A DNA stretch of 19,680 nt from an uncultured bacterium (GTDB lineage Bacteria > SAR324 > NAC60-12). The notes under the pieces were generated by a model. The model was not told where the DNA came from. It saw only the letters and a program-made list of their open reading frames with translations, and made no database searches. Of the stretch, positions 19,501 to 19,680 are shown piece by piece. The DNA lies in the NCBI GenBank assembly GCA_965662845.1, contig CBFIJD010000031.1:19266-38945 (forward strand), read 5' to 3'. The stretch's first letter is position 1. The number at the start of each line of letters is the position of its first letter. Position numbers and translations under genes: made by a program.

Positions 19501-19680
19501 ATGAAGTCTTTCTTCAAGTTGGTAGTACTAGGGTTGTTCGTTGTAGGTTGTGGGGACGGTGGAAGTTCAGATAGTTCATCAAGTTCTGGACTATTGGCTG
19601 AATCAGTTTCCATAGAAGATTTCAATGTGGTCTCAACTACAACTTATACCGAAGCAGAGATTAGGGAACAGATTAACAGC
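19501..19680 (+). CDS. Putative lipoprotein, N-terminal fragment (runs off window)
   Basis: MKSFFKLVVLGLFVVGC-GDGGSSDSSSSSG...: basic N-terminus, hydrophobic core, lipobox VVGC and Ser-rich linker. Frame is open to the window end; GAGAG upstream. Confidence 0.75.
   Translation, partial: MKSFFKLVVLGLFVVGCGDGGSSDSSSSSGLLAESVSIEDFNVVSTTTYTEAEIREQINS

Overview
Bacterial chromosomal window, roughly 60% GC by eye, dropping to about 36% in the last 300 bp. Left, minus strand: a methyl-accepting chemotaxis protein, a GlpQ-type glycerophosphodiester phosphodiesterase, and a >826-aa lipoprotein missing from the ORF track because it runs off the window. That lipoprotein fuses a metzincin zinc-protease domain (HEAGHLLGLWH, Met-turn, EF-hand-like loop) to a PDZ/S41 Ser-Lys protease. 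Middle, plus strand, divergent from the MCP: a Zorya-like zorA-zorB ion-motor pair with no ZorC/D/E effector genes nearby. It is stop/start-coupled to dtd and followed by a YdjM-type membrane hydrolase, a beta-lactamase-family serine hydrolase, an acidic hypothetical protein and a DUF3817 protein. The ZorA tail is built from three tandem 138/145/138-aa repeats. Right, minus strand: a tripartite RND efflux operon (OMF-MFP-permease), then GTAG-type REP-like palindromes with a 19-bp tandem duplication, a sigma70-like promoter and the start of an AT-rich lipoprotein gene. The best candidates for novelty are the effector-less ZorAB motor operon and the dual-protease lipoprotein. All family calls come from motif recognition by eye; no searches were run.
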